The position numbers and the translations under genes were made by a program. DNA of 64,000 nucleotides from Tubiluchus corallicola (Eukaryota; Animalia; Priapulida). Under the pieces are notes generated by a model. It saw only the letters and a program-made list of their open reading frames with translations, was not told where the DNA came from and did not search any database. The DNA lies in assembly GCA_030141605.1 (NCBI GenBank), contig JAQGDQ010000069.1, forward strand, positions 662,686 to 726,685, read 5' to 3'. Below, piece after piece: positions 1 to 13,210 of this stretch; within the stretch, counting starts at the first letter, position 1; every line of letters begins with the position of its first letter.

Positions 1-1857
1 TTGAGAAGTTGTTTGAAGATTAGTGAATATTTTCTAGCTAGATTTGCTAGCTGATATTGCATGGTCGTTTACACATTGTATGTGTTTACTGGCGATGATC
101 AGAAAGGCTTGGCAGCTCATTGTAGTTAAACGGGTAAAATTTTGCTGTTTAAAATACATGCAATGAAGTGTCAATAATACGCTCATGGGAAAACTCTGAA
201 TTCTGCACGCCTCCACTGAAAAGAAGTGTAGCAAAAGTAGATAAAGAATTTTTAATTTGTAGATGGCTTAACCTCTACTTATTTAAAGTTGGTTTGTTAA
301 ACACAAGTTTAGTAAGCCATCTAACACAGTGAACACACAATTGTTATAAACCTAAACGACAATTTCTATCTATTGCATTTATGAGTTCCTTCCCCAAAGA
401 TAAATTGTAGCTACGCCTAAAATATACAGATATGGATTTGCACCGTTTACACTGAAAATGTTTACATTACACTAAACTCAAAAACAATTAATATTACAAG
501 TTATTAAAGGTCGTAGCTTTTGAAAAATTATGTTCTGTGAAATTGGAAGTTCATTTAATAACGTGGTGTAAGAAATTGTGAAATAACACATTACTCATCA
601 AACAAGGAATTAACTTTTATAACTAAATCCGATTGTTTTACTTTTCAAGCAACTAAAAAGAGATTTTCAAAGCTTGCAGGTATCTTTCCTATTTTCAATT
701 AACAATGTTCGACAATGTATAATAGTGCGAAAAATTATATTTTTTATATTTACTCAGTAGAAGTTTGTGCATTATAAAGTGTGATGCAAAGTGCATAGGC
801 CTGCACATTATATTGTAATGAGATCTTACTAATTATTGTCCAGTTAAGGATTGTAGGTGAATTGAGCAACCTCTCAAAAATATATTGTATTAATTTTCGA
901 TGTGAAAACAATGCATTACTAATGAAGCCAATTTTTTAAAATTAATTAATGTTTTGATTGATTTTTAATTTTTTTATTTTTTTGTAAATCTTGCAAAAGA
1001 TCCTGTAGGGCATGCAGGGTTTATACCCCGTCAAGAATTTGTGTTAAAAAGGCTCTGTTACGTTGTTCTAAAAACACGATTATACGTATTATGTATTTAA
1101 TACCATTATGTTATATTTTGTTTATAATAAAAAGTGAAATGAACACAATCGCTTCTCATTTTGAATAATCACAGAAGGACAAGTGAAATTTTAACCTTCG
1201 CTGCGAATTAGAAGTTAAACTAACGTTCCAACTACGTATAACTTAACCCGCTCTAGACTCAATCGACTGGAAGTACTGGAATTAATACACTAGCCACTCT
1301 AACACGCTAGATGCACCGCTTAGGCACGTAAAATGTCTGATAGGATTTACATCAAACTTTTTCTCAACAAAAGAATAGACTTTTAATAGTCTTGCCCATG
1401 CAATTTTCAACAACGTGCATTGAATTTTAATACAGCGGATAACAATAAATTAAAAGCAAATCGATGCAATACGTTCTTTTACATCAAGATTAAACAATAT
1501 AATCCATCAATAAGGTGCGAGTTCCTAATTCGTTTTTCTGTTTTTCTGTTTTCGTTTTTTGTTACTACGTTTTGTTACTGTGCTATATCTTTTTGTTGTT
1601 CGTTGTTGTCGCGTTTTGCTTAAAGGGTATACTGCTAGCAAGATAAATCTTTATCTGATAAATTTGTTATGTATTAAATGATGCCATTGCACAATACTGC
1701 ATGCACCATTTTTGCTTTTGTTTTCTGCACAACTGCTTAACGTTGTACTAAATGATCATCAGCAGTCCCATCACTGCTGCTACATTGCATTCTTGGTTAT
1801 TTTTGTTTTGTCATCATCGCTATCATTTTCATCATTATTATCGTCGTTACCGTTAAC

Positions 1858-1858
1858 G

Positions 1859-1953
<95 letters not shown>

Positions 1954-1954
1954 G

Positions 1955-1990
<36 letters not shown>

Positions 1991-1998
1991 CCACCACC

Positions 1999-2044
<46 letters not shown>

Positions 2045-2110
2045 TCATAATCGTCGTCATCATCATCATCATCATCGTCACCATCATCATCATCGTCGTC
2101 GTCATCGTTA
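1858..2110. repeat. (TCA)n/(CCA)n microsatellite
   Basis: Read directly. Confidence 0.97.
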
Positions 2111-2869
2111 TCACAGTTATTATGGTCATTATTGTCTCATTATTTTTGTCATCATGCTCATCATTTATTATTTCAATCTTGTCAATGTTGTCACCGTTAA
2201 TGCCATCATCATTATAATGTTATTGTCATAAGCGCTACCACTGCCATCACCATTCAGCTGTCATTGCTGTCAGTCGCACCAACCAAAATCACAAGCACCA
2301 CCAACACCAACTGCTGCAGCGTTGGCATCATTGCTGCGCCCTATGACCATCCTCGCCGCCGTCGTTATTACTGTCGCCATTGTCAATATCGCTATTATGA
2401 ACAACCAGACCTTGCCTTTTGCCATTAAAAGTGTTGTTTTCAGGCGGCACAGGGTTCTCCTTTTGTTTACCATTGAGTCAGCAAACGTTGTTGGTCATTT
2501 TGTGAAAAACAAAAGGTTCCCTGGACAGAGGTGGGTAACCATTTTGTTTGGAACAAGTTGAGCAGCAGCAGAGAGAATATAGCAGTACCTCCACCCCCGC
2601 CAAGTGGCGCCTGGCTATGATGAATGCTCTTTTCTTTGCTCTGGTATTAAGTGAGTGTTTGGCCAAGAGGAACAAACAAATGGATGATCGAATAAATGAA
2701 CGAGTACACAATCAGCTAGTAAACAAGCACATTAGTTTAAACATAGTTTATTTGGTTCAGATTGGACAGTTTTTTAAATTGATATATGAATCCTCACAGG
2801 ATGCATGCAGTTATATGTACCAACAAACGTGCAGAAAAAATTAAGTAGTATAAGAACAAACAAACTCAA

Positions 2870-3020
2870 ATACATACATACATACATACATACATACATA
2901 CATACATACATACATACATACATACATACATACATACATACATACATACATACATACATACATACATACATACATACATACATACATACATACATACATA
3001 CATACATACATACATACATA
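2870..3020. repeat. (TACA)n microsatellite
   Basis: Read directly. Confidence 0.98.
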
Positions 3021-5085
3021 AACAAAGACATATACATATAAAGTTAGCAGATGTGGCACAATGAGTAATATAACAATTGAATAATAACAATAACTGTCCT
3101 AAATTCAACGTAAAATACATAAAAGGATGCTAAGGTATGATCACATTAATTCTTCACGCACTGTTTTTCTTTTTCACATGTCTAACAGAGCAGTTACTCC
3201 ACATTTTCCAGATTTAGTTACATAAATTTGCACTTCATAAATTTGTTCAAAAAGAACTATGAAAAGACGAAACACTAACCCAGCTTTCATTTGTTAGCAG
3301 GAAGAATAATAGAAACAGCAAAAGCAACTGCAGCGACAGCAACTACAAACGGCCGTGGCAACAGCTACAGTAGCTAGAGGTGCTGTGCTTCTATGGTGAT
3401 AACAACCAGTCGGCGAGACTCCAACAAGAATAACTGCATACCGGGAAAAAAACCGTTTTCCTTTATTGTGCTGCATCGAATTTAGAGAAAAGTCTGAAAT
3501 TTCCTGAAAATTTTCTGATATTCTGATATTTTCATTTTCCTTGTGTCCTTACTGTGAAATGAGCCTAAGACATTCTAGTTTAGCATGTAGTTGACGGACA
3601 TTTTTCTGTATTGAACATCCTTATTTAAACAAACTGAGAAACACGAGACAAAAATCCAATAATCAACGTCTTCATGTTTGTTTTGTAAGTCTTACAATCA
3701 ACAAACTGAACGTGAGATAAGTGAACATCATTAATTTGTTCTTTGCTGCTGCGTAATTGCAGAAAAGTTTATAAACTATCCTCTTGCGCTTGTATAAATA
3801 AAACTGTAAAATTTCACACAACTGCTGCGTGAAATCTCACACAATTTCACACAATAATTTAAAAAAGAAAAACAAGCACGCAAAAACATTTACGGAATTA
3901 TAAATTGAGATGCTTACTAAGTAATTTTCTATTAATTTGTTTTTTGTAAATCTTTTTTCATTTTTATTCATTTATTCTTTCCTTTATTTGTTTATTTTTT
4001 GTTTTTTTGTACATTCTTGTTTGTTTGCGAGTATGTTTGTCTAATTGTCTGTCTGTCTCTCTGTCTGACCGCCTGTCTGCTTGTTTCTCTGTTTGTTTAC
4101 TTGCTCGTTTGTCTGTCATTTCTTTGTGTTTGCTTATTTATTTTTTATAGCTTACTGTTTGCTCGCTTGATTTCTGCTGGCTGATTTGTTGATTGATGTC
4201 GTTTACTGCATAGTTAATTCTTTTATACTTGCCAAATATCTTAGTTCCCAGCGTTACGTAATAGTCATAATAAGTAGGATGAATTTTGTGCTATTTTTTG
4301 GCTAAGCTAGCTTAATTTTACGTTTCTCGCCTCTGTCTACATGTGGAAATCAGGTTATATTTCATTCTGACAGCTAAACGTAGACATGGACACGAGATCT
4401 GCTCGTATATCCTCCTGCCTGTCGTGAGGCTAATTTTTCATTGACCCTGGAAGCCATGTATCATTGGGAATGATGACAACGCAAACTCGTCTTGCTGTTT
4501 ATATATATAGCGATGGTCAACTGGGTTTCTCAAACCCACTGTATAATCGCTGCAGCACAATTGTAAGGTTTTGTTCTTCTACGGTAAACACTTATTTTCT
4601 TTAATATCCGTACTAATAATAAAATAACACTTAGGAGTCTGTTTGTCCGTACTTTGGATACATATTGTTTATTTCAAATTACGAAAAACTACGCAGTACA
4701 GACTTTATTTAAAAATTTGCATTAATAGATTTAGCAGACTGTCTTATCAATAGTTAGGCCTTTTCAACCATAAAGGATTATCAATAAAGACTGCGTCTTG
4801 GTCTGATGCACAGCTTTAAAATGTAAAGGCCAAGCAAGATGGAAAATTTTTTGACCTGGTGCCTTAAAGTTATATGTCAGCAAATGGTGTAAGTACTTTG
4901 TAACCAGGTATATAATAAAACAGCAGCAAAGATGTTGAAAATTGCAGATTTATGTAAATATCTTGCTTGTTTTATTTACGATCTTCAAGAGAAGAAACAT
5001 TATTAAAGGAAGAAACCAATCAGGTAAAAACGAAAAGCAGAAATATGTACCCGCAGTTTGATAGAGTAAGTAAAACTTTTGTTAG

Positions 5086-5183
5086 AGATAGCTAAAATTA
5101 CTCATCACAATCACAGTGTATTCAGATGTATGGTAGATAGCTAAAATTACTCATCACAATCACAGTGGATTCAGATGTATGGT
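5086..5183. repeat. 49-bp tandem duplication
   Basis: AGATAGCTAAAATTACTCATCACAATCACAGTG(T/G)ATTCAGATGTATGGT occurs twice. Confidence 0.95.
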
Positions 5184-5779
5184 GAAAGAGTTCAAAACCA
5201 AATGAATCATTTCAAATTTATTTATTCAAGTTTGTTGAGTTTTTAAACATTTATCGTACTTTGTACATCCCGTTGTAGCAATTTTTGTATTGGTTAAATA
5301 TTAGGGGTCACACGCAACTTCAGTATCTACACTATTTCTGCTCAATTAGTAACTGCTTTGACTCGAGTAATTGCTCTTATGTAGGCGGCACAGAGACTGA
5401 AGGAAGCCTAATTTTGTACAGCGCTGATTTGCGCCAAAAGCGCTTTTAACTTGTCTAGAACTGGCAGACAATTGTCAAAACAACCCAGAATGTTGTAGCT
5501 AAATTTAGATTTAATTCTAAAACTTCTCCCTATAGCTCAAAGTAGAACACATAGCGGATAAGACTGTTAGCTGTTCTGTGGTGTTACAGAATTAAAGAAA
5601 TTGCATATCAAGCCAAAAATTTCTGTTGACTTTGATTTATTTGTTTGTTGCTTAGTTCTTCGATTGTTTATTCACTAGTCAGTTGCTCGGTCGGCCAGGT
5701 AGTTGTTTCGTTTTTAAGTGTACTCATAGTAGTCACTGTGAAATTTGATTAAAATATTAGCAAGCATTTTCTATGAGAA

Positions 5780-6250
5780 AACATGAGAGACGAAGCAAAG
5801 AAACAAAAAGGAAAAGAATATAAACTTGACGAAAAAAGAGAAAGTCTTAGAAAAAGGAAAATAAATCAGATATAAGATGGAAAAAGAAACGAAACGAAAA
5901 GAAGGAGAGGAAAGAAAATGAAAAGGAAAAAAGGAAGGACGAGCGACAGGAAGGAAGAAAAAAATTTATGGAAAGAATATGCATAGAAGCAAAGCCGCTC
6001 TAGATTGCAGCAAAAGGTAAAGAAAGAGGTAGAAAGAAGGAATAAGAAAGAAAGAGAGAGGAAAAAAGGAATCGAGGCGAGGAGAGGACAATAAACGAAA
6101 GAACAAAAAGCGAAAAAGATGAAGAAATAAAAAAGATAAGGAAAGATTCTTAAAGAAAAAGGGACAATACGAAAAGGAAAGGAACAGAAACAGAAGCAAA
6201 GAAAGAAAAGGAAAGAAGAAAAAAGAGTAAGGACGAAAGACAACTAAAGA
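5780..6250. repeat. Purine-rich (A/G) low-complexity tract upstream of the GATA promoter
   Basis: About 470 nt dominated by A and G on the + strand. Confidence 0.9.
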
Positions 6251-6399
6251 AAATATTTGGCCAAATAACAACTCTTAGTAAGGTTTATAGCGCGTAGTAA
6301 TCTGCAATGTGACATTATTGCTCACTTTCGCGTGCGTAATTTACTAATTTTTCTGCGGGCGTTATTTTTGCTATAGAGCACATTGAATATTTCTCACAA

Positions 6400-6780
6400 C
6401 AGGTTTATGGATATCTTAGCAAACAACCAAAGTTTTCCGGATAGCTTTCCGATATAAAGCAACGGCTATTTCTATTCCTACTGCTGGCCGCGCGTTTTCT
6501 AAGAGGCGTAACTCGCATTGATTAGAATACGTGTGTCTAACAATCGGCTCATCCAATCAGCGGGCAGTATAGCGTTCCTATCGCCTACCACTATCGTGCA
6601 GATTCAATCAGAAATCAGCGGTTGATATTAGCGTGTAAAAGCAACACTCGGCAGCCGTCAGGCTACAAACGCTCTTATCGCGACTAGCAGGCGTCTGATA
6701 TCGCTCCTAAGCTCACTTTAAACAGGCGAATATGCATTGATTTATACACACATGAGGCGATAGAATCGCACACACGTGAC
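6400..6780 (+). promoter_or_regulatory. Probable GATA1/2/3 promoter region
   Basis: CpG-richer stretch 0.6-1 kb upstream of the ATG, with CCAAT (6553-6557), several CAATC motifs and six CGATA/TATCG motifs. A possible weak donor AAG|GTAGCA at 6970 and acceptor TTTTAAACAG at 7296 would define a non-coding first exon. The TSS is not determinable. Confidence 0.5.
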
Positions 6781-7378
6781 TACCGTGAATTATTATACGA
6801 AAGTGGGAAAGTTTGATGTACTAATAAAATTCTCCCGTGTCGTTTGAGAAATGTCGCGGTAGATTTCGACGATTAGATTTATCTGTTGTGAACTGTGAAA
6901 AGTGACAATAGTTCTGTAACTAACGTGTGAACACTGTTTTCGACAACGGTTTTTAAAAGTGTGAATAAGGTAGCAGTGAAGAATTACTAATACTAAATAC
7001 TAATACTGTTTCAAGTATTATGGCCGATGCATTTATGCTTTTTCTAGTACCTTAATGGCTATCATGCTTAAGTGCATTGTGTTTTAATCAAAAAGGGTAG
7101 TGTGACAGAACCGTGCTTTGATCATACCATTGTATACACAAAACTTAATTGAAGTAATCTTTTGTCCAAGACGTTGTAGTCAATTAAACAGGGCTTTTTT
7201 GTTCTAATAACGAAAATAATTATAAAACAGACGAACAAAACAAAATAGTGAAACTATATATGACAAGAAACTCTTAGGACCAGCAATTTTAAACAGCAAA
7301 CAAGAAGAGCATCTCGTAAAGACTTTATAAGTTCTTGAGACGGGACACATATCAAATTTGCATCACATGCACTGGAAT

Positions 7379-7589
7379 ATGGAAGTCATGCAAGTTCCCC
7401 CAGACCAGCACAGAGCTCCTGTTTGGGGCATGCCCTCATCTCACGATCCACAAGGAGGTAGTCTGCTGCCACCAGAAGATGTGGATGTTTTCTTCCATTC
7501 TCTTGATAGCAACGGAAATCCAGTAAATGGTTACTACGGAGCACCCGTTTCAGCACGAGCGATGCATCCCGGGTACAGATCATCACACG
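7379..7589 (+). CDS. GATA1/2/3: GATA1/2/3-class transcription factor, coding exon 1
   Basis: ATG 7379 gives [12 protein letters not shown]...[20 protein letters not shown]...YYG, matching the MEV start and the LLP.E.VDV.F N-terminal motif of vertebrate GATA2/3. Ends G|GTGAGT (donor 7590, phase 1). An in-frame ATG at 7367 is a possible alternative start. Confidence 0.93.
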
Positions 7590-9827
7590 GTGAGTCTTAA
7601 GTGATTAATTAATTGCACTAATTGATTTTCCGAATTGCTTGCGCTCTTTAGTTGTCTAATCTTAATATGTATAAACATACTGCAATCAATTTTCGTTTTT
7701 ATGTTTTAACGAAAAACAGTTTATTGTAAAGGATGTTTCGTATACAGGGAATTCTTTTTATAGGTGCCATACGCATAGGGAAAAGAGTTAAACTGATCCC
7801 CTATGAACCGAAAGGTTTCCCTGTGGAGAAAAACGAGAAAAACTCAGAAAATTAATTGCACCGGCATTTCTAGAGCTCAGAAATTATCAGTAAAATGGAG
7901 TTTCGCATCTAGGTTTTCGTTCAAAGCAATAATATCGGTTAATCCAACATTATTATGTGATATAGAAAAAGCCTCCTTCGAACTTGAGGGTCCTTACGTG
8001 TAATTGTAACACTACATTCCAAGATCCTTTGATCCTGTATGCACTATTGTGTTTAAATAGTGAAATGGTAATGCTAATAATTTTATGTAACTTATCAACC
8101 TTTTTACCCTAACATTGCCTGCACAATAACATTATGAACACGTAACTAATTCATAATTTACATTGTCCAAGAAATTTAAGCAAAAATATCTACAACAAGC
8201 CACTTTATAACAGTTTAGTAATTATATCAAAATAACACATGCCAGGCACTCAAATTAATTTAATAGTTTACGTTACTAAAAACAAAAAAATATTAGGCTT
8301 ACATGTTAAAAATTAATATTTATATTCTAGTAGCACCAATAATTAATTATATTTTAATTTGTGGAACAGTTGTATTGATTGATATTATAATAATAGTTAA
8401 ATATTCATGATTCTCAAAAGGTTTGGATGGAATATTACACAATAAGAAAATTTAGTGCTGCATTTTTTATTTTATTATATCAGATGGTCTACACCATTCG
8501 GTTCTAGGTATAGAAATAAAGAGAATAAGATAATAGCAGTATATAAAATTTAATGTTTTTTCAACAGTTTTTTAAATCATGTTTAGCATTTTTTTATTTA
8601 AACTGAGTGCCACAAACTTATCACAATCTGATCGTGTCAGAAAAATTCCTTCCCTACAATAATTTAAAAATGATTTTACCAAAATCCTGTTTTTATTGAA
8701 TCCATTCAAAATGTGTTTTATTTTACAGATTAAACATTTCAAACTTATTATTTGCAGGACATAAACCTATATTCTATGTATTATAATATCATTATTATTT
8801 ATTGCCAAATAATCGGTAAAATATAATTTGCTTACATAATAACTTAGGTGCATGGTTGTACTTCTGTGTTTTTCGACTAGTGTAATGTTTTAATAGTTAA
8901 CTGACTTCATAGTAATAAAAACACTCAATAATTGTGAGAGTAATTTTAACTGTGATTTAAAACTGCACGAAATTATAATCACATTTTAATGCAATCTTAC
9001 ATGTCTATTGTATGGGGTTATGCGTAAACAACATTACAGTGCATGTTTAAATTATCATAATTAATCAACGCGTAAGAAACATAGTGTTTTCTATTTAGGG
9101 AGGAATGATTAGTCACAATAAGGACATCATGTTGCAACCCGAGCTGACCGACTGACTTTCCTTCTTTGAATGGGTCAGTCTGCTGTCGGTGTGCGTATAA
9201 TTCGCCAAATATTTATGTAATGTTTCAGTCAAATGGCTCCAATACACAGCATGCCCCTGGACGTATTGTATACACACATGTAGAGATGCAATTCACATGA
9301 CATACCAGCTTTAATTACTGTTTATTGAATGTTATGTAGATGAGCAATAATTATAGGTTCGTTATTTTTTGTACAAAGTTGTATTCCGTAAGATGGCTGA
9401 TTTAGTTGGAATACGAGCTGTTGTCAGCCCAGTTCTTGCTTAGGTTTGATTTATTCGCTTTGTGATGACTGTGGCAAAATCAGGTACATGTTTGCTAATG
9501 ACACAGGTTTGTTTGTGAGTTACATTCATCTTAAAAAACGATTAGCCTTAATTAACTGACCACATTGCAATTTGTTTTCGCAAAAAAATTCTTCATAGAA
9601 CCTGATTTTTCCCAATTAGAAGCAGTTTTGTAAAAATTTTGATTACTATTTCGTTATTAGACAATGATTGCAATCTTCTATGCTATTTTAGCCATTGCTT
9701 GGCTATATCTTACCTTTGTGGTAAAAAAATGCGAAACGAAATGAAACAAACAAGTGAAATGGAATAAAATAAAAATAAACGGTAGCATGAATTTAAATCA
9801 AAAGGCCGAAACAAAGTAAATAAACCA

Positions 9828-9940
9828 TTTTTTCTCTGTCCCTGTTTCTCCCCCCTCTCTCTTTCTCCTTTTCTCTACGCTTCCCCCTCTTTCCCTCTGT
9901 CTGTTACTCTCCTTCTCTTCGTCTTTCTCTCTTTCTCTCT

Positions 9941-9984
<44 letters not shown>

Positions 9985-10002
9985 GTTCGCTTCTCTTTCT
10001 CT
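9828..10002. repeat. (CT)n pyrimidine tract
   Basis: Read directly. Confidence 0.9.
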
Positions 10003-11022
10003 AATTTATATGTTGTTCTTCCTTTATGACAAATTCTTGTCTGCCTCCCATCATGCTAAGCATCTCGTTATCCTCTTCTCTTATCTCTCCCTTCACTCTG
10101 TTTCACAACTTTCCACCGGGCGAACAAATCGTTTCCTCGAATGATCATCTAGCTTTCCTTCGATTGCATAACGGGACACGCGGCAAGCTTTTCTTATCTC
10201 ATATCGCACACTCGCAAAGCTTTCCATCCTTCGGTAATTTTTATTTACTTTATTCGCTGTCATATCAGCATCATGCCAGCCCTGCTCGTCGAAATTATTC
10301 ATTATGAAACAAATAACAGCGGTCCGAGGATTACACCCTGTTTAATACCCGAAGATGTTTGTGTGCGACGATATCAGCAAACTGCAGACGCATGACTACG
10401 CTGCGGTTTACCCGTATCTGTGATATTAGCAGCCTAATTCAATTAAATTGAGTTGAAGATAGGGACAATAATATGTACATAAAGATACTAAATAGCCACT
10501 GTTGGTAACGCCTCTGTGTTTTGTGAGAGTCCTTGTTATTTGTTGACGTCTCTTCGTTGTGTGAACAAGTGCTGTGCTTTTGTGCTGAATTGTGTTAGAT
10601 TTAATGAACTTTCTGCGTGAGTTGAAAACACGTGTTTGGGTTGTTTACAAGAGCACATATTTTGAGAAAGCATCCAACGCAATATCGTTTTATAAGTCAA
10701 CCAGAAGAATTCAATTACAGAAACGCCTTTTTCTTTGTGCCTGAATTTTTTTTACAAATGTTGCACAAGACCATTGTTGTTGTTGTTGTTGAAAATCATG
10801 ATTTTTGTGTAAAATATGACAATGATGAAGTAACACGGGCGAGAACAAATAGTGCGTAGACGGATGAACTAAAAGCAAACACTTTAACAAAACGCTGGAT
10901 TCAATTATCACGTTGTACCGAAGATTCGCTTTTCAGGAAATATTAAAGTACAAAATTCCTGAAAGCGGTTGAAACTTGGTTGTCCTGAAGTTGAACTGTT
11001 ATGGCTGATTTCTTGTTTTTAG

Positions 11023-11604
11023 CTCGTGTCGCCAGTGGACAAGTTTGCAGACCACATTTCCACACGCCGCTACATCCAGCATGGAGTCTTGGAGGAACTA
11101 CTGGAGAGAAATCCGCTGTTCCGCACGCTCACGCCGGAGGACACCACCCCCCTTCCTGGTGCAATCCATTCAGTAAGGCACCACACCACCCTTCCTCGGC
11201 TTCCTCCTTAACATCAATCGCCAGTGCTCATTCTCATTCTAGTCCGTACTATGTCAACTTTCCTCCCACACCGCCGAAAGACACCACCCCCGACATGGGG
11301 TCTGCCGCCAATACTAACAACGATCTGTCGTATTCTACTAACAATGAAGATAAGCAGAAATTTCGAGAAGGTATCGCTAGTTTAACTTCTACTAACATTA
11401 GTTGCATGAGCTCAGCTGCTTCAGCCAGCCACGTCCCGCCCCTAGCTCACCACCCGATGCCATCTTACCCGACGTACCCCTTATCCGCAGCTTCGTCAGC
11501 CCCGGAGTTCTCACCTGGGGCTATTGGTTTCCATCCCACTGCCGCTACAGTGTTCAGTGCTAAAACCCTTGCAAGAACTCGCACGAAAGCTCGTTCGAGT
11601 ACCG
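11023..11604 (+). CDS. GATA1/2/3: GATA1/2/3-class transcription factor, coding exon 2
   Basis: Acceptor TTCTTGTTTTTAG (AG 11021-11022), phase 1. Encodes ARVASGQVCRPHFHTPLHPAW, FPPTPPKD, HHPMPSYPTY and KARSST, all GATA2/3 motifs. Donor G|GTAAGG at 11605. Confidence 0.95.
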
Positions 11605-12621
11605 GTAAGGATTATTTTATTTTTATGTTTTTTGTTTATATTTGTTATACAGATACAGATATATTATTGCTTATTCCATTGGTTGCTTGTCCACGGGTTG
11701 TCTATTAGACAATAACGTTAAAGTTTTAAGCTAGCTAAGCTAAAAATTCTTGGCATGTTTTTATTTGCATACACACACTTGCTCTTTAATTTCATCCGCT
11801 AATGCAGGGCAATTAAAAAATCTGCACAACCCTATACCAAAACCGCTTCAGTGCACGTTTTTATGTAATGTTGCTGATTGCATGTATTAGCGTTGTTCTT
11901 CATCGGTTCTCCATTGTAAACGTATTTAAAAACTATTAAATGATTACTAAGGCATATTATTATTTCATTTTTGTAACGAATGCAAAATTGTTCTAAGATT
12001 GAAGCCATGCAAAACGGCGTCATGCAGAAATCTTGCATATCTAAAATCCCAACAACTGAAATCGTACAAAGCAAAAACAAGTGAAGTCAAAGCTACGTAG
12101 ACAGTAGTATTGAAACACTCATGAAGCCACGTAAAGCGGGTAAACCTCTGGACCCAGGCGTTGAGGGCTATGCGTTACTGAGCGCTGATGTACAACATTG
12201 ATAACACTGGGTGGTCACAGATCACTGGAATGTACCAACATGTATAAATAAAGCGTGAAACGAGCGAAGACAAGAGAGCATTCGCCAAGACAAGAGAGCA
12301 TGCAAGCAGTTAGTGGTTGTTTACAGGTTGTTTACACTCTTGTTTATTGACTATGGGCGAACGCAGAGAAAAATATGCGGCTGCTGATTTGATTTAATGA
12401 GAGTAACGTGAGACGAATAGATGGCATATCAGGTGGAAAATAATAAGATGGCGGTAGGAAGCCGCCTAATAATGATGGCTTAATAAAGAGTGGGAAAACG
12501 AGAAGAAGTGGATGGATATCGTTAATCTATATAAATACTGACAACAAGGAATAAAAACGTACCCATTGGACAAAAAATTAATTAATGCAGAGATAAACAA
12601 CAATTTTAAGTAATTGCCAGT

Positions 12622-12627
12622 AGAGAG

Positions 12628-12693
<66 letters not shown>

Positions 12694-12711
12694 CAAAGAC
12701 AAAGAGAGAGA
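12622..12711. repeat. (GA)n microsatellite
   Basis: Read directly. Confidence 0.97.
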
Positions 12712-13210
12712 CATACTAGTGTCTAAACGAACGGATAGATAAGCTAAAATACTTATTTTATTGAGTTACACTGTCATTATTCTTGATTTGGAAAATGAAA
12801 AATGCGTTTCCGGTTTTAGAAAGTTGACCTAAAATAGACATCATGCCTGTCGCACCGTATTAAGTAACTTCAAGTGCAAATCCAAACGTGCGAGTCAGAC
12901 AATACATTTGTGACTCTTTCGAGTTACGATGAAAATTTTCTTGAGTTTTCAAGAGCTTTTGAAACTGGAACTCCCCACTCTGCGGTTGTTAAGTACTGAA
13001 TTTTCTCTGATAAACCAAGTGTCAGAAAAGGATTTTAATAAAAGTAGAACTCAAGATGTTATTTGCGACTTCGAAAACAATTTCGGTCGAGAGTGCACTT
13101 CGGTTTCTTATCGTTATTGTGGATATTTTTAATCTGATTTCTGTAATTGAGGTACAATGAACCGAATGTCTTGCTTGGAAAGCGTGCATGACTACATGTA
13201 AGCAATCTCT

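Noticed and set aside
1712-3120. ORFs with poly-S, poly-M or YIHT/MYVC repeats (and similar ORFs at 19.5, 28, 40, 48, 52 and 63 kb)
   Set aside because: They are translations of stop-free microsatellites, with no splice or domain support.
3540-3567. Harbinger-like TIR end (ACTGTGAAATGAGCC-TAA)
   Set aside because: No matching left TIR was found upstream, so the element cannot be delimited.
5531-5580. tRNA A-box-like TAGCTCAAAGTAGAACA
   Set aside because: No B box or cloverleaf follows.
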